Shown: piece after piece, positions 9,030-19,079 of the stretch
Numbering within the stretch: the first letter of the stretch is position 1
Layout: each line of letters opens with the position of its first letter
Made by a program: the position numbers and the translations under genes
The notes under the pieces: generated by a model
Database searches by the model: none
The model's input: only the letters and a program-made list of their open reading frames with translations
Told to the model about the DNA's origin: nothing
Assembly (NCBI GenBank): GCA_013152835.1
Contig: JAADFQ010000237.1
Coordinates: 138 to 64,137 of the forward strand
From: FCB group bacterium
GTDB taxonomy: Bacteria > Fidelibacterota > Marinisomatia > Marinisomatales > J089
Reading direction: 5' to 3'
Length of the DNA: 64,000 nucleotides

Positions 9030-12000
9030 ATGCCACGCATACTATTTATTGATGATCATCAAGAAACGCTGACTACCCTCAAAAGTATAATTCGAAAAGA
9101 ATTCCAGGATGTGAAACTGGTTTCAGCAAACAGTGGTGAGGATGGTCTTGCTTATGTATCCGAAACCATTCCGGATATTATCATCCTGAATGTCGCTCTT
9201 CCCGGGATCGATGGTTTTGAAGTTTGTCGCCGACTGCGTGCAAATCCCGCAACAACTGCGATCCCCATTATAATTCTTACCGGCGTCCATTTATCATCCC
9301 GGGATAAAATCGAGGGGTTACATGCCGGGGCAGATGTGTATTTGTCCAAGCCTGTTGAACCTGGCGAATTGGTTTCCCAGGTACGTGCCATGCTGCGAAT
9401 AAAATTGGCGGAAGATCAAATTCGTAAATATCAAAACAATATAGAAAACAAAGTCCGGGAACAATCAAAACAAGTATTAGAAAATGAATTTCGATTCCGA
9501 TTATTATATGACAATTTAAGTGTGGGATTATACCGAACGACTCTGGACGGAAAAATTTTATTAGCCAACCAGGCAATGATTGATCTTCTGGGATATTCAT
9601 CCTTTGCAGATTTTGCTAAACGGAATTTGAATACGGAAGGTTATGAACCGGGATACGATCGTTCAATATTTATTGAACGTTTAAGACAAGAAGGTCATAT
9701 TCAAGGTAATGAGGTTACTTGGACGCGTAAGAACGGGACCCGAATTTATATTCGGGAAAATGCATATTTAGTCCGTGATCAGAGCGGTGATATCGTATAC
9801 ATTGAAGGGACGATAGAAGATATAACCAGGGAAAAAGAAAGCCGGCTGGCCCTTCAGGAGGAACGACAATTGTTCCGCTCGGGTCCCATGGTCATTTTTC
9901 GCTGGCTGGCCGGCGATGAGCGCATTCCTATAAATTACGTTTCACCCAATGTAGAATCTCTCTATGGTTATTCTGTTCAGCAACTGATTCAGGGTGAACT
10001 ACATTATTCCGATATCATACATCCTGATGATCTGGAACGGGTGGTTGCGGAAGTACAAGAACATGTCCTCGCCGGAGAAACGCATTTCAGCCAGCGCTAC
10101 AGGATTCTGGATGCGCAAGGTGATTCGCGATGGGTTCATGATTTGACCACCGTTGTTCGGGATAAACAGGGACAGGTTACATCCTATATCGGGTATATCA
10201 CTGATATTACCGCCATGGTTTCTCTCAGTAAAGAACTGGAGCAGAAGGACCGAATAATCCGTAATGTGTTAAAACAGGCCTTAGAGGGGATTATGGTTAC
10301 GGATGAAACTGGCAATATCGTGGAGTGGAGCCAGGGCATGGAAGAAATAACTGGTGTTTCGGCTGATGAAGTTCTCGGTCAACCGGCCTGGGAAATACAG
10401 GCCGGATTTGCCGATCATGACCGGGTATCCAAAGATCAGGTAACAAATCTGGAAAACCTGATCACAACAATTTTGGAGACCGGAGAAGTCCCTGATATTT
10501 ACCAGTTAATCCTGATTCCGATAAAAAGAAAAAACGGTGAGAAAAGAGTTATTCAACAGGTCTTGTCCACCTACAAAACCGAATCGGGATACGGACTGAT
10601 CGGCTTTCTCCTGGATGAAACCAAGGCAGTTCAAACGGCTCGGGAGTTGGAAGAAACTCAGAAGCGATATGAAACCCTGTTTCAGGCTTCTCCGGATGGG
10701 TTTATTCTTGAAGACAGCCACGGGAACATCCTGGATTGTAATCCCGCTTCCTGCGAAATCCTGGGATATAGCCGGGATGAAATGATCGGGATGAATGTTG
10801 TTGAAATTGCCGATTCCGAAAGCAAATCGGAGGTGCGGTCCAATATTCAGACAATCCTGGAAACCGGGTATTTAAGTCATGAGGTAGAAAACCAGCGGGG
10901 GGACGGGACTTGGATTACACTGGAACTCCACGAAGTGAAAGTACCCCTGCCCAACGGTGAAGATGGTATTCTGGTGATTCACCGGGATGTCACGGAACGG
11001 AAACGTGTGGAAAAAGAATTGCGCAAGCGGGATCGGATCCTTTCCGTTATTACCAATGCGGCGGAAGAGGTCTTACGGGCACAATCCTGGTTTGATTGCG
11101 TGGAATCGATACTGGCCAATATAGGTCAGGCCGTTGGTGCCACCCGGGTTACATTATTCGAAAATCAGAAATCAGAATCCGATCTACTATTCGCTAAAGT
11201 ATGGGGTCGATGGGCTGCCCGGGGATTCGCCCGGAAACATCGTAAAACCGCCCGGTCGTTTAAGGACCTGGGTTTTGAACCGTGGAGCAGTCAGCTTAAT
11301 AACGGAGAAAAAATTACTGCCCGGATTTCGGAAACGAAAAACCAATCCTATTTTGAAATCAATAAATCAAAAAGTGTATTAATTATTCCCATCCTTGCCG
11401 GATCGGAATGGTGGGGAATCCTGAGTTTTGATGACCACCGATCCGAACGTAGGTGGTCCGAAATGGAGGTGGAATCACTGACCATTGCTGCTAACCTTTT
11501 GGGGACCTCCATCCAGAGGGATATATCCGATGCGGCGCTGAGACGCCTGGCTGAAAGTGTATCGACTACTCCCGAAGAAACATTTTTTGAGTCGTTGGTT
11601 TTGGAACTAAACGAAGTGTTGGGATGTGATTTTGCTTTTGTAGGTGAATTGAATGCTCAGGATCCGGGCCAGATACAAACTATTGCTTTTGTTCAGGACG
11701 GCGAACTGAAACCAAATTTCATCTTTAATATGAAAGAAACACCCTGCGAAAATGTCGTTGGGAAAGAATACTGCCAATGTGTGGAAGACGTTCGGCGCAA
11801 ATTTCCCAGGGATACGTTTCTTCAGGAATGGGAAATTGATAGTTTCTATGGAATGCCTCTGTTTGCCGGAGGGAATAACCAGTTGGGTATTATAGCGGTC
11901 ATGTCCCGGCAGACGATAAAAAACGAGCATCTGGTAGAATCCCTGCTGAAAGTATTTGCCGACCGGGCCGGGTCCGAACTGGAGCGACGCCGAGCCTATG

Positions 12001-14651
12001 AAAAACTGCGTGAATCGGAGGAGAAATTCCGCCTATCCTTCAAAACCAGCCCGGATGCAGTAAACATTAATCGCTTATCCGACGGATTGTACGTGGAAAT
12101 CAATGACGGATTTACTGCCTTAACCGGATATACCTGGGATGATGTTCAGGGGAAAACTTCCGTGGAACTTAAAATCTGGGCAGATTTGGAAGATCGGAAA
12201 AAGTTGGTGAGGGCATTAAGAAAGGACGGTATCGTAGAAAACCTGGAAGCTCGATTCCGTTTTCGGGACGGCTCACTGCATACGGGTCTCATGTCAGCTC
12301 GGGTGATCACGATGCATAACGAGCCTCATATCCTATCCATTACCAGAGATATCGAAGACCGCAAACAGGCGGAACTGCTGGTCATTGAAAGTGAAACACG
12401 ATACCGGAAATTGGTGGATCAGGCTCCTGTGGCCATTGGGATTCATGCGCAGGGTGTCTGGAGATTTATCAATGCGGAAGGGGTCCGGTTGATGGGATTT
12501 GAACATTATAACGAACTCATCGGGCAGCCGGTTCTGAATATTATGCATCCCGATAGTCGTGAACTTGCCCTAAAACGTATTCAACATATGATGAAAACCG
12601 GAGAACCGCTTCCGCTGATCGAGGAAAAATTATTACGAAGAGATGGTGCGACGGTTTATGCCCTGGTAACTTCAACACCAATTCAATTTAAAGGGGAACA
12701 AGCTTATCAAGTTATTGCCATGGATATCACGGCTTTAAAAGTAGCGGAAAGTGAAATCCAAATTCTGAATGAAGCCGTGGAACAGAGTCCGTCAACCGTT
12801 ATGATCACGGATCTTGAAGGGAATATCGAATATGTGAACCCGAAATTTTCGGAAGTCACGGGTTGGAGCAGTGATGAGGTAATTGGGGAAAATGCAAACT
12901 TGTTAAAATCCGGTCACACATCCGCAAAAGAATATGAGCAAATGTGGAAGACAATTACCGATGGCAAAACCTGGTATGGGGAATTTCACAATAAACGCAA
13001 GGACGGGAGTTTATATTGGGAACAGGCCAGCATATCGCCGGTCGTTGATTCCGAAGGTGTGGTGCAGCATTTCCTGGCAGTGAAGGAGGACATTACCGAA
13101 AAGAAAGAGACTCGGGCCAGGCTGGAAGAAAGCGAAGCAAAATTTCGTTCAATTTTTGAAGAATCCCTGGACACCATCTATCTCGGTACTGTCGATGGTC
13201 GGATTTTGGATATTAACCCCGCAGGTGAAGCATTATTCGGCTATACACGGAAAGAATTATTGAAAATGGATGCCCGGCGATTTTACCGGGGTTCCGGCGA
13301 CCGGGAAACTTTTGTTGGGCGGATACAAAAAGATGGTTATGTCCGTGATTATAAATTGACGCTACGGAAAAAGGACGGATCGGAAATGATTTGTCTGGTC
13401 AACGCCAAGGTGATCGGTGCCCGGGAAGATGGTACCCAGGTCATTTCCGGGTTAATTCACGATATTACGAAACAGGAAAAGGATCGGTTCCGTCTTCAGG
13501 AAGCGTTGAAAAAAGCACAGGAGGGGGAACGAGTAAAAACGCTCTTTTTAGCCAACATGTCCCATGAAATCCGCACGCCTCTGAATTCGGTGTTGGGGTT
13601 TGTAGAATTACTCCGTAAAGATGATTCCATTGAATCTCCGGAAGAGCGGAATGAAGTTATCGATATTATTCAAGCCAGCGGTCAGCGTCTGATGCGTACG
13701 GTCCATGAGATCCTGGATATTTCCCAGATTGAAGCGGGGACATTTTCCCTGAATCCGGAAGACCTGGACCTGAATGAGATTATAAATCAAGTGGTGAAGG
13801 AACATAATGCCACAATTAAAATGCGTGGCCTGGAATTGATTAATCTTTCAGAAGTCCGAAAACCGGTTATCCATGCAGACCGGGAAAGTATATTAAAGGC
13901 GATTTCAAATCTTGTGGATAACGCAATTAAATATACTCCATCCGGTACTATTCATATTCATTTAAAGTCCGAAAGAGGCCAATTTATCCTCACAATTAAA
14001 GACACCGGAATCGGAATCTCAAAGGAATACATGAAACACATGTACGACGTTTTTTCACAGGAAAGTTCCGGTTTTACGAAAAAATACCAGGGTCTGGGTC
14101 TGGGATTATCCATTACCAAGCGTTGTCTGGATATGAATTCGGTTCCTGTCACTGTAGAGAGCCAGAAAGATGTCGGCACTACTTTTACGTTGGAATTCAC
14201 ACCTGCGCAACCGGTTTCCAAACAGGGAATAGGCGTTGCGGAAGGATCCGGGAAAGAAGATCCGGCGTCTGAAGGTATATTAGGAGATGTACTGGTCGTA
14301 GAAGATGATCCATCGTCTCAATTACTGATGGAATATTTTCTTAAATCCCGTTATCAATTATACTATGCCGTTAGTGTCCAGGAAGCAAAAGAAGTATTAC
14401 GAAAAATTAAACCTCAGGTAGTACTGCTGGATCTTTCCCTGGCCGGTAACGAGGATGGTCTTAATCTGGTTCGGGTTATGCGAAAGAAAAAAAAGTGGAG
14501 TACGATTCCCGTTATTGCGTTGACGGCCCATGTTTTCGTTACCGACCGCGATCGTTGTCTCAAGGCCGGTTGTAACGATTATTTATCCAAACCGGTCAGG
14601 CAGTCCGTCCTTCTTGATAAAATACGACGATTAAATGTTGAGGAGGACTAA
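9030..14651 (+). CDS. giant hybrid sensor histidine kinase (pseudo-REC, multiple PAS/PAC and GAF, HisKA, HATPase, REC)
   Basis: The N-terminal receiver-like domain has Asn at the acceptor position (PDIIILNVALPGIDG). There are many PAS/PAC-like units (for example ...IEGTIEDITREK, ...GYITDITAMV, ...VIHRDVTERKRVE, ...SITRDIEDRKQAE, ...LAVKEDITEKKETR, ...GLIHDITKQEKDR) and GAF-like regions. H-box MSHEIRTPLNSV, an HATPase domain (QGLGLGLSI), and a C-terminal REC (VVLLDLSLAGNEDG). Confidence 0.9.
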   Translation: MPRILFIDDHQETLTTLKSIIRKEFQDVKLVSANSGEDGLAYVSETIPDIIILNVALPGIDGFEVCRRLRANPATTAIPIIILTGVHLSSRDKIEGLHAGADVYLSKPVEPGELVSQVRAMLRIKLAEDQIRKYQNNIENKVREQSKQVLENEFRFRLLYDNLSVGLYRTTLDGKILLANQAMIDLLGYSSFADFAKRNLNTEGYEPGYDRSIFIERLRQEGHIQGNEVTWTRKNGTRIYIRENAYLVRDQSGDIVYIEGTIEDITREKESRLALQEERQLFRSGPMVIFRWLAGDERIPINYVSPNVESLYGYSVQQLIQGELHYSDIIHPDDLERVVAEVQEHVLAGETHFSQRYRILDAQGDSRWVHDLTTVVRDKQGQVTSYIGYITDITAMVSLSKELEQKDRIIRNVLKQALEGIMVTDETGNIVEWSQGMEEITGVSADEVLGQPAWEIQAGFADHDRVSKDQVTNLENLITTILETGEVPDIYQLILIPIKRKNGEKRVIQQVLSTYKTESGYGLIGFLLDETKAVQTARELEETQKRYETLFQASPDGFILEDSHGNILDCNPASCEILGYSRDEMIGMNVVEIADSESKSEVRSNIQTILETGYLSHEVENQRGDGTWITLELHEVKVPLPNGEDGILVIHRDVTERKRVEKELRKRDRILSVITNAAEEVLRAQSWFDCVESILANIGQAVGATRVTLFENQKSESDLLFAKVWGRWAARGFARKHRKTARSFKDLGFEPWSSQLNNGEKITARISETKNQSYFEINKSKSVLIIPILAGSEWWGILSFDDHRSERRWSEMEVESLTIAANLLGTSIQRDISDAALRRLAESVSTTPEETFFESLVLELNEVLGCDFAFVGELNAQDPGQIQTIAFVQDGELKPNFIFNMKETPCENVVGKEYCQCVEDVRRKFPRDTFLQEWEIDSFYGMPLFAGGNNQLGIIAVMSRQTIKNEHLVESLLKVFADRAGSELERRRAYEKLRESEEKFRLSFKTSPDAVNINRLSDGLYVEINDGFTALTGYTWDDVQGKTSVELKIWADLEDRKKLVRALRKDGIVENLEARFRFRDGSLHTGLMSARVITMHNEPHILSITRDIEDRKQAELLVIESETRYRKLVDQAPVAIGIHAQGVWRFINAEGVRLMGFEHYNELIGQPVLNIMHPDSRELALKRIQHMMKTGEPLPLIEEKLLRRDGATVYALVTSTPIQFKGEQAYQVIAMDITALKVAESEIQILNEAVEQSPSTVMITDLEGNIEYVNPKFSEVTGWSSDEVIGENANLLKSGHTSAKEYEQMWKTITDGKTWYGEFHNKRKDGSLYWEQASISPVVDSEGVVQHFLAVKEDITEKKETRARLEESEAKFRSIFEESLDTIYLGTVDGRILDINPAGEALFGYTRKELLKMDARRFYRGSGDRETFVGRIQKDGYVRDYKLTLRKKDGSEMICLVNAKVIGAREDGTQVISGLIHDITKQEKDRFRLQEALKKAQEGERVKTLFLANMSHEIRTPLNSVLGFVELLRKDDSIESPEERNEVIDIIQASGQRLMRTVHEILDISQIEAGTFSLNPEDLDLNEIINQVVKEHNATIKMRGLELINLSEVRKPVIHADRESILKAISNLVDNAIKYTPSGTIHIHLKSERGQFILTIKDTGIGISKEYMKHMYDVFSQESSGFTKKYQGLGLGLSITKRCLDMNSVPVTVESQKDVGTTFTLEFTPAQPVSKQGIGVAEGSGKEDPASEGILGDVLVVEDDPSSQLLMEYFLKSRYQLYYAVSVQEAKEVLRKIKPQVVLLDLSLAGNEDGLNLVRVMRKKKKWSTIPVIALTAHVFVTDRDRCLKAGCNDYLSKPVRQSVLLDKIRRLNVEED

Positions 14652-14718
14652 TTTTCAAAAGAGTTGAATCGGATCAGGGGGAAATGAGTGTTCAGGAGAG
14701 GGAATAGAACTCCGGTCC

Positions 14719-15660
14719 ATGTCCTTACCATTTACTGATTTAAAGATTATATGGAATCCTGCCGCCGGTGGTTATCGGGGTGAATTACGCTGGCTGGCAT
14801 TAAAACAGGAATTGGACCAAAACAATATTCCCTATGAAGTTCGTCAGTCCGAATATCCCGGTCATGCAACGGAGATTGTGCGCCAATGGATGAAATCGGA
14901 TGTGGATCGACTGGGGATTGTCGGCGGTGACGGTACGTTTAATGAAGCACTGAACGGTGCTTTTGCCGATGGTGTATCCTTACAGCCGGAATGCCGTTGG
15001 CTATTCCTCGCCGCCGGGAGCAGTTGTGATTTTGAAAGAAAATTTAATACGGGTCATTCATCTCTGGAAAAAATCTACGGAACCGATGAGCGATTAATTG
15101 ATCTGGGACGAATTCATCCGGAAGGTGTTGATGATGCTCAAGAAGGAACTTATTTCGCGAATAATTCCAGTATCGGGGTCATCAGCCTGGCGAATGATAA
15201 ATTTAATGCACTTTCCGGTCCGGCCCTTTGGCTAAAGCGTATTACAGTAGATGGTGCTGCTATTCTTGCCGGTCTGAAAGCCATTCGCGAATCCATACCC
15301 AGTGAAGTTTCCATAACCCTTGACGGTAAATCCATGCCCGTTAAATCCTTTTCCAATCTTACAGTATTTAAAACACGTTTTTTCGGCGGCGGCATGGGCT
15401 ATAGCCGATCTCCCCGGCAAGATGACGGGCAGTTTGGTGTTGCCTGGATTGAGGCTTCGTCCCGGTTACGGTTGCTCCGCCTGATTCCCACTCTGTACAC
15501 CGGAACGGTACTTGATTATCCTGAAGCACACTATGCCGAAACAACAACCGTACGCATTACCACCGAAGCGCCCATGGTCATCGAAGCGGATGGTCAGATT
15601 GTCGGGACAACACCGGCTTCCTATTCGTTAATGCCGAAAGTATTACGGGTGATCGTATGA
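14719..15660 (+). CDS. diacylglycerol-kinase-family lipid kinase (YegS/BmrU-like)
   Basis: IIWNPAAGG near the N-terminus and the GGDGTFNEALNG catalytic-domain signature. Confidence 0.8.
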   Translation: MSLPFTDLKIIWNPAAGGYRGELRWLALKQELDQNNIPYEVRQSEYPGHATEIVRQWMKSDVDRLGIVGGDGTFNEALNGAFADGVSLQPECRWLFLAAGSSCDFERKFNTGHSSLEKIYGTDERLIDLGRIHPEGVDDAQEGTYFANNSSIGVISLANDKFNALSGPALWLKRITVDGAAILAGLKAIRESIPSEVSITLDGKSMPVKSFSNLTVFKTRFFGGGMGYSRSPRQDDGQFGVAWIEASSRLRLLRLIPTLYTGTVLDYPEAHYAETTTVRITTEAPMVIEADGQIVGTTPASYSLMPKVLRVIV

Positions 15661-16547
15661 CCAAATCGGTAGAACTCGAATCCTACTGTGCCCCTGGAGC
15701 CACCGTTGAAAGATTTACGATTTCACCAAATCCTGGCATTATCCTGCAAGCCTTTCGTTTTTCTCCTCCCCGTCCAAATCCGCTGACAATATTTTTTATC
15801 CCGGGATGGATTTCGAGAATGGCGGGGTGGAAGACCGTTTTACGGGAAATGACTGCGATCTGGCCGGTGATTTACCTGGAGACGCGGGAGAAAAATTCAG
15901 CAGAGACAACCGCGAATTCATCCTTTGGGACACAGGCAATTGCATCTGATCTGGTGAAAGCTGCTCACGGACTGAACCTGATTCCGGAGACTACTCTCTG
16001 GTTCGGAAGTTCCCTGGGAGCCACGGCAATTCTGGAGGCGATACACTCCCTGGATATCCCACCGCTTGCTTTAGCCCTGGTAGGACCTAATGCGGAATTC
16101 CGTATTCCGCTTTGGGGTAGGGTATTAATTGCCTGTTTTCCTCCGGCTCTTTATTCTTTGATGAAACCGTTCGTGAAATGGTATTTGCGTACTTTCCGTC
16201 TGGATGTTGCACACGATCACAAACAATATGAAAAATACTGTACCGCCCTGGATGAGGCCAACCCGGCCAGATTAAAGAGGGGTGCTCAGGAACTGGCCCG
16301 GTATACGGTTTGGGATCGTTTACCGGAGATTGAATGCCCCGTATTGATTTTCGGTGGTTCCCGGGATATTCTTCACGAACCCGAAAACCTTCGATTGATG
16401 GAAAGGCTGCTCCCAAAAGGGCGATATCTCGACATGGGGACCAATTCCGCTACTCATAGTCCGGCGATGGTTCAGCATTTGGAGAAATTTGTTAACAGAG
16501 TAATGGAAAAACCGGGTAAAATGACCGGACACCGACAATATGGGTGA
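15657..16547 (+). CDS. alpha/beta-fold hydrolase
   Basis: The ATGA start overlaps the previous stop. Nucleophile elbow GSSLGA, and LIFGGSRDILHEP near the C-terminus as in the alpha/beta hydrolase His-loop region. Confidence 0.7.
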   Translation: MTKSVELESYCAPGATVERFTISPNPGIILQAFRFSPPRPNPLTIFFIPGWISRMAGWKTVLREMTAIWPVIYLETREKNSAETTANSSFGTQAIASDLVKAAHGLNLIPETTLWFGSSLGATAILEAIHSLDIPPLALALVGPNAEFRIPLWGRVLIACFPPALYSLMKPFVKWYLRTFRLDVAHDHKQYEKYCTALDEANPARLKRGAQELARYTVWDRLPEIECPVLIFGGSRDILHEPENLRLMERLLPKGRYLDMGTNSATHSPAMVQHLEKFVNRVMEKPGKMTGHRQYG

Positions 16548-16595
16548 TAAAATAAACGTAAGTTCTTCTTTCCATTGATAAACCGGGAGCAGAAT

Positions 16596-18224
16596 ATGAA
16601 ACGACCGGAGAAATTGGCCTATATTGAGGATATTCCGGAGAAAATACCGCAACATGCCCTAATCGGGGGAGTGGACCTGGTCATTATTCGTGCAGACGAT
16701 CAATTTCGAGTTTTTTATGGCCGCTGTCTGCATCGGGGTGCCCTGTTATCCGACGGTCTGGTTCAGGGACACAATCTGATTTGTGGTTTGCATAACTGGG
16801 ATTACCGTTTGGATTCGGGAATTAGTGAGTATAATAATAACGAACGGCTAAAAAAATTCACTTCCTGGATTGAAGACGACGTGCTATGGATTGACCGGCG
16901 TGAAATTGAAGATTGGGGAGCTGCCAATCCTCAACCCTGGAATCGGGAAGATTATCAGGGCGCTTATCAGGATCATCACGGAACTGAGATAGAACCGGAA
17001 GTGAGGGCAATTCGGGAATTAGCTGGTTACGGACTTACCCGGACGGGACATCACGGACCTACGGCGGCGATGGGTGTTCCCCGGCAGGAGTTGCCTTCCT
17101 GGAATGAGATTCAATTTGTAGTAGGACAACTACACACCTTGCCGCGCCTGGATGATGAACCGGTTGCAACGGAATTGATTATCGGTCCCAATGCGAACAA
17201 ACCACTGAAACTGGATATCCCGCTTTTTGTGTCTGATATGAGTTACGGTGCCCTTTCGGAGGAAGCGAAAATTGCCCTGGCTCGGGGTGCGGAGTTGGCC
17301 GGGACGGGAATATGTTCCGGGGAAGGCGGAATGCTCCCCGAGGAACAGGCAGCGAATTCGAAATATTTCTATGAATTAGCTTCGGGACGTTTCGGTTGGA
17401 GCTGGGAAAAAATCCAACATGTCCAGGCGTTCCATTTTAAAGGCGGCCAGGGCGCCAAGACGGGCACGGGGGGACATTTGCCGGGGGACAAAGTACGTGG
17501 AAAAATAGCCACGGTTCGGGGATTACCCGAAGGACAACCGGCCATTTCTCCGGCGCGATTCCCGGATTGGAACCGGATTGAAGATTTTCGTGAATTTGCT
17601 GATGAAGTTCGCGAGCGCACAGGCGGAATTCCCATCGGATTCAAATTATCGGCACAACATATCGAAGAGGATTTGGATGCGGCGCTGGAGGTGGGCGTCG
17701 ATTACATCATTCTGGATGGACGAGGCGGCGGTACCGGAGCGGCGCCGCTGATTTTCCGGGATCATATTTCAGTTCCCACGATCCCCGCACTGGCTCGGGC
17801 TCGTCGCCATCTGAATCTCCGCAAGCGCCAAGATGTAACTTTAATCATTACGGGAGGGTTACGTACTCCCGCTGATTTGGCCAAAGCGCTGGCCTTGGGA
17901 GCCGATGGTATCGCCCTTTCCAACGCCGCCCTCCAGGCAATCGGCTGTATCGGCATGCGTGCCTGTTATACAAATAATTGCCCGGTAGGGATTGCCACCC
18001 AAAAAGAATCTCTGCGGAAGCGATTGCCGGTAACGGAAGCGGCTGAACGACTCAACCGTTTCTTTCGATCTTCGGTAGAATTGATGAAAATTCTGGCGCG
18101 GGCCTGCGGCCATGAAGCTTTGAGTCAATTTAATACAAATGATTTAACCACATTTCATCGGGCAATGACCCGTTTAACGGGAATTGCTTATGGTGGTGTG
18201 TCGCTTAATCCGGAAGGAGTTTGA
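16596..18224 (+). CDS. Rieske [2Fe-2S] domain fused to glutamate-synthase-like FMN domain
   Basis: ATG at 16596 follows GGGAG (the ORF track uses TTG at 16575). Rieske ligand motifs CLHRG...CGLHNWDY. The remainder is a GltB central-domain-like region (SDMSYGALSEEAKIALARGA, FKGGQGAKTGTGGHLPG, IILDGRGGGTGAAP, GCIGMRACYTNNCPVGIATQ). Confidence 0.8.
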   Translation: MKRPEKLAYIEDIPEKIPQHALIGGVDLVIIRADDQFRVFYGRCLHRGALLSDGLVQGHNLICGLHNWDYRLDSGISEYNNNERLKKFTSWIEDDVLWIDRREIEDWGAANPQPWNREDYQGAYQDHHGTEIEPEVRAIRELAGYGLTRTGHHGPTAAMGVPRQELPSWNEIQFVVGQLHTLPRLDDEPVATELIIGPNANKPLKLDIPLFVSDMSYGALSEEAKIALARGAELAGTGICSGEGGMLPEEQAANSKYFYELASGRFGWSWEKIQHVQAFHFKGGQGAKTGTGGHLPGDKVRGKIATVRGLPEGQPAISPARFPDWNRIEDFREFADEVRERTGGIPIGFKLSAQHIEEDLDAALEVGVDYIILDGRGGGTGAAPLIFRDHISVPTIPALARARRHLNLRKRQDVTLIITGGLRTPADLAKALALGADGIALSNAALQAIGCIGMRACYTNNCPVGIATQKESLRKRLPVTEAAERLNRFFRSSVELMKILARACGHEALSQFNTNDLTTFHRAMTRLTGIAYGGVSLNPEGV

Positions 18225-18225
18225 A

Positions 18226-19068
18226 ATGAGTGATTCAATCCTTTGGAAAACGGTTCATCCGGTCAACATTGATCGTCTGGCGGAAGCCCGGGTACAAAGT
18301 CACTGGGCAATACAGATACTATCTGCATTGGCCGATGCCTGTATCCCGGTGGAGGCAGACGATAGCCATACTAATCTGGGTTGGCGCGCTGATTTGGAGG
18401 CACTGGTGGGACGGGAAACTCCGGACGGGTTTCATCTGGCGCTTAAAATCCCCTTTCTTACCATTAGCCTTTTGGATTCTTTCGGTAAAGAGTTCGCTTC
18501 TTTGCCTTTATCCGGAAAAACCATTGAGGAAAGTTTGCAGTGGGTCGCCGGCGTCGTAGAACGATTTACCGGTCGAACCATGGAGCAGGTGCCCCGATTA
18601 CGCGATTATGAAATGCCGGACCACCTGGTGGGAAGCGGAGCTACCTTCGACCGTTCCGATCCGGAGGCATTTCAGGAATTAGCCAACTGGTTCCATAACA
18701 GTTTTTCCTTGCTGGATGACATTTTGGAGTGGGAAGAGGACGCCACACTGGCTCGTTGCTGGCCACATCACTTTGATGTAGGTGCATTGATTTCCATGGG
18801 AAAACCTTACGACTTTTCCGAATCTATCGGATTGGGAATGTCGCCGGGGGATAGCAGTTATTCCGAACCCTACTGGTATATTAACCCCTATCCCAATCCT
18901 GAGAAACAACCGGAGGAGGAACTTCCTTCTGGAGGGCATTGGCATCGGGAGGGTTGGTTCGGCGCTGTCTTAAGAGGGTCAGCCGTCTGGGGTAATCCGG
19001 AAGACCAGGCCCAACACTGCCGGCAATTTATCGATGCAGCTCTGAAAATTGAAAAAGCGCTGTATTAG
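18226..19068 (+). CDS. conserved hypothetical protein
   Basis: ATG at 18226 follows GGAAGGAG and sits 1 nt after the upstream stop. No motif that I can assign confidently (contains CWPHHFDVGA and EPYWYINPYP). Confidence 0.6.
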   Translation: MSDSILWKTVHPVNIDRLAEARVQSHWAIQILSALADACIPVEADDSHTNLGWRADLEALVGRETPDGFHLALKIPFLTISLLDSFGKEFASLPLSGKTIEESLQWVAGVVERFTGRTMEQVPRLRDYEMPDHLVGSGATFDRSDPEAFQELANWFHNSFSLLDDILEWEEDATLARCWPHHFDVGALISMGKPYDFSESIGLGMSPGDSSYSEPYWYINPYPNPEKQPEEELPSGGHWHREGWFGAVLRGSAVWGNPEDQAQHCRQFIDAALKIEKALY

Positions 19069-19079
19069 TTCAGCCTTCG

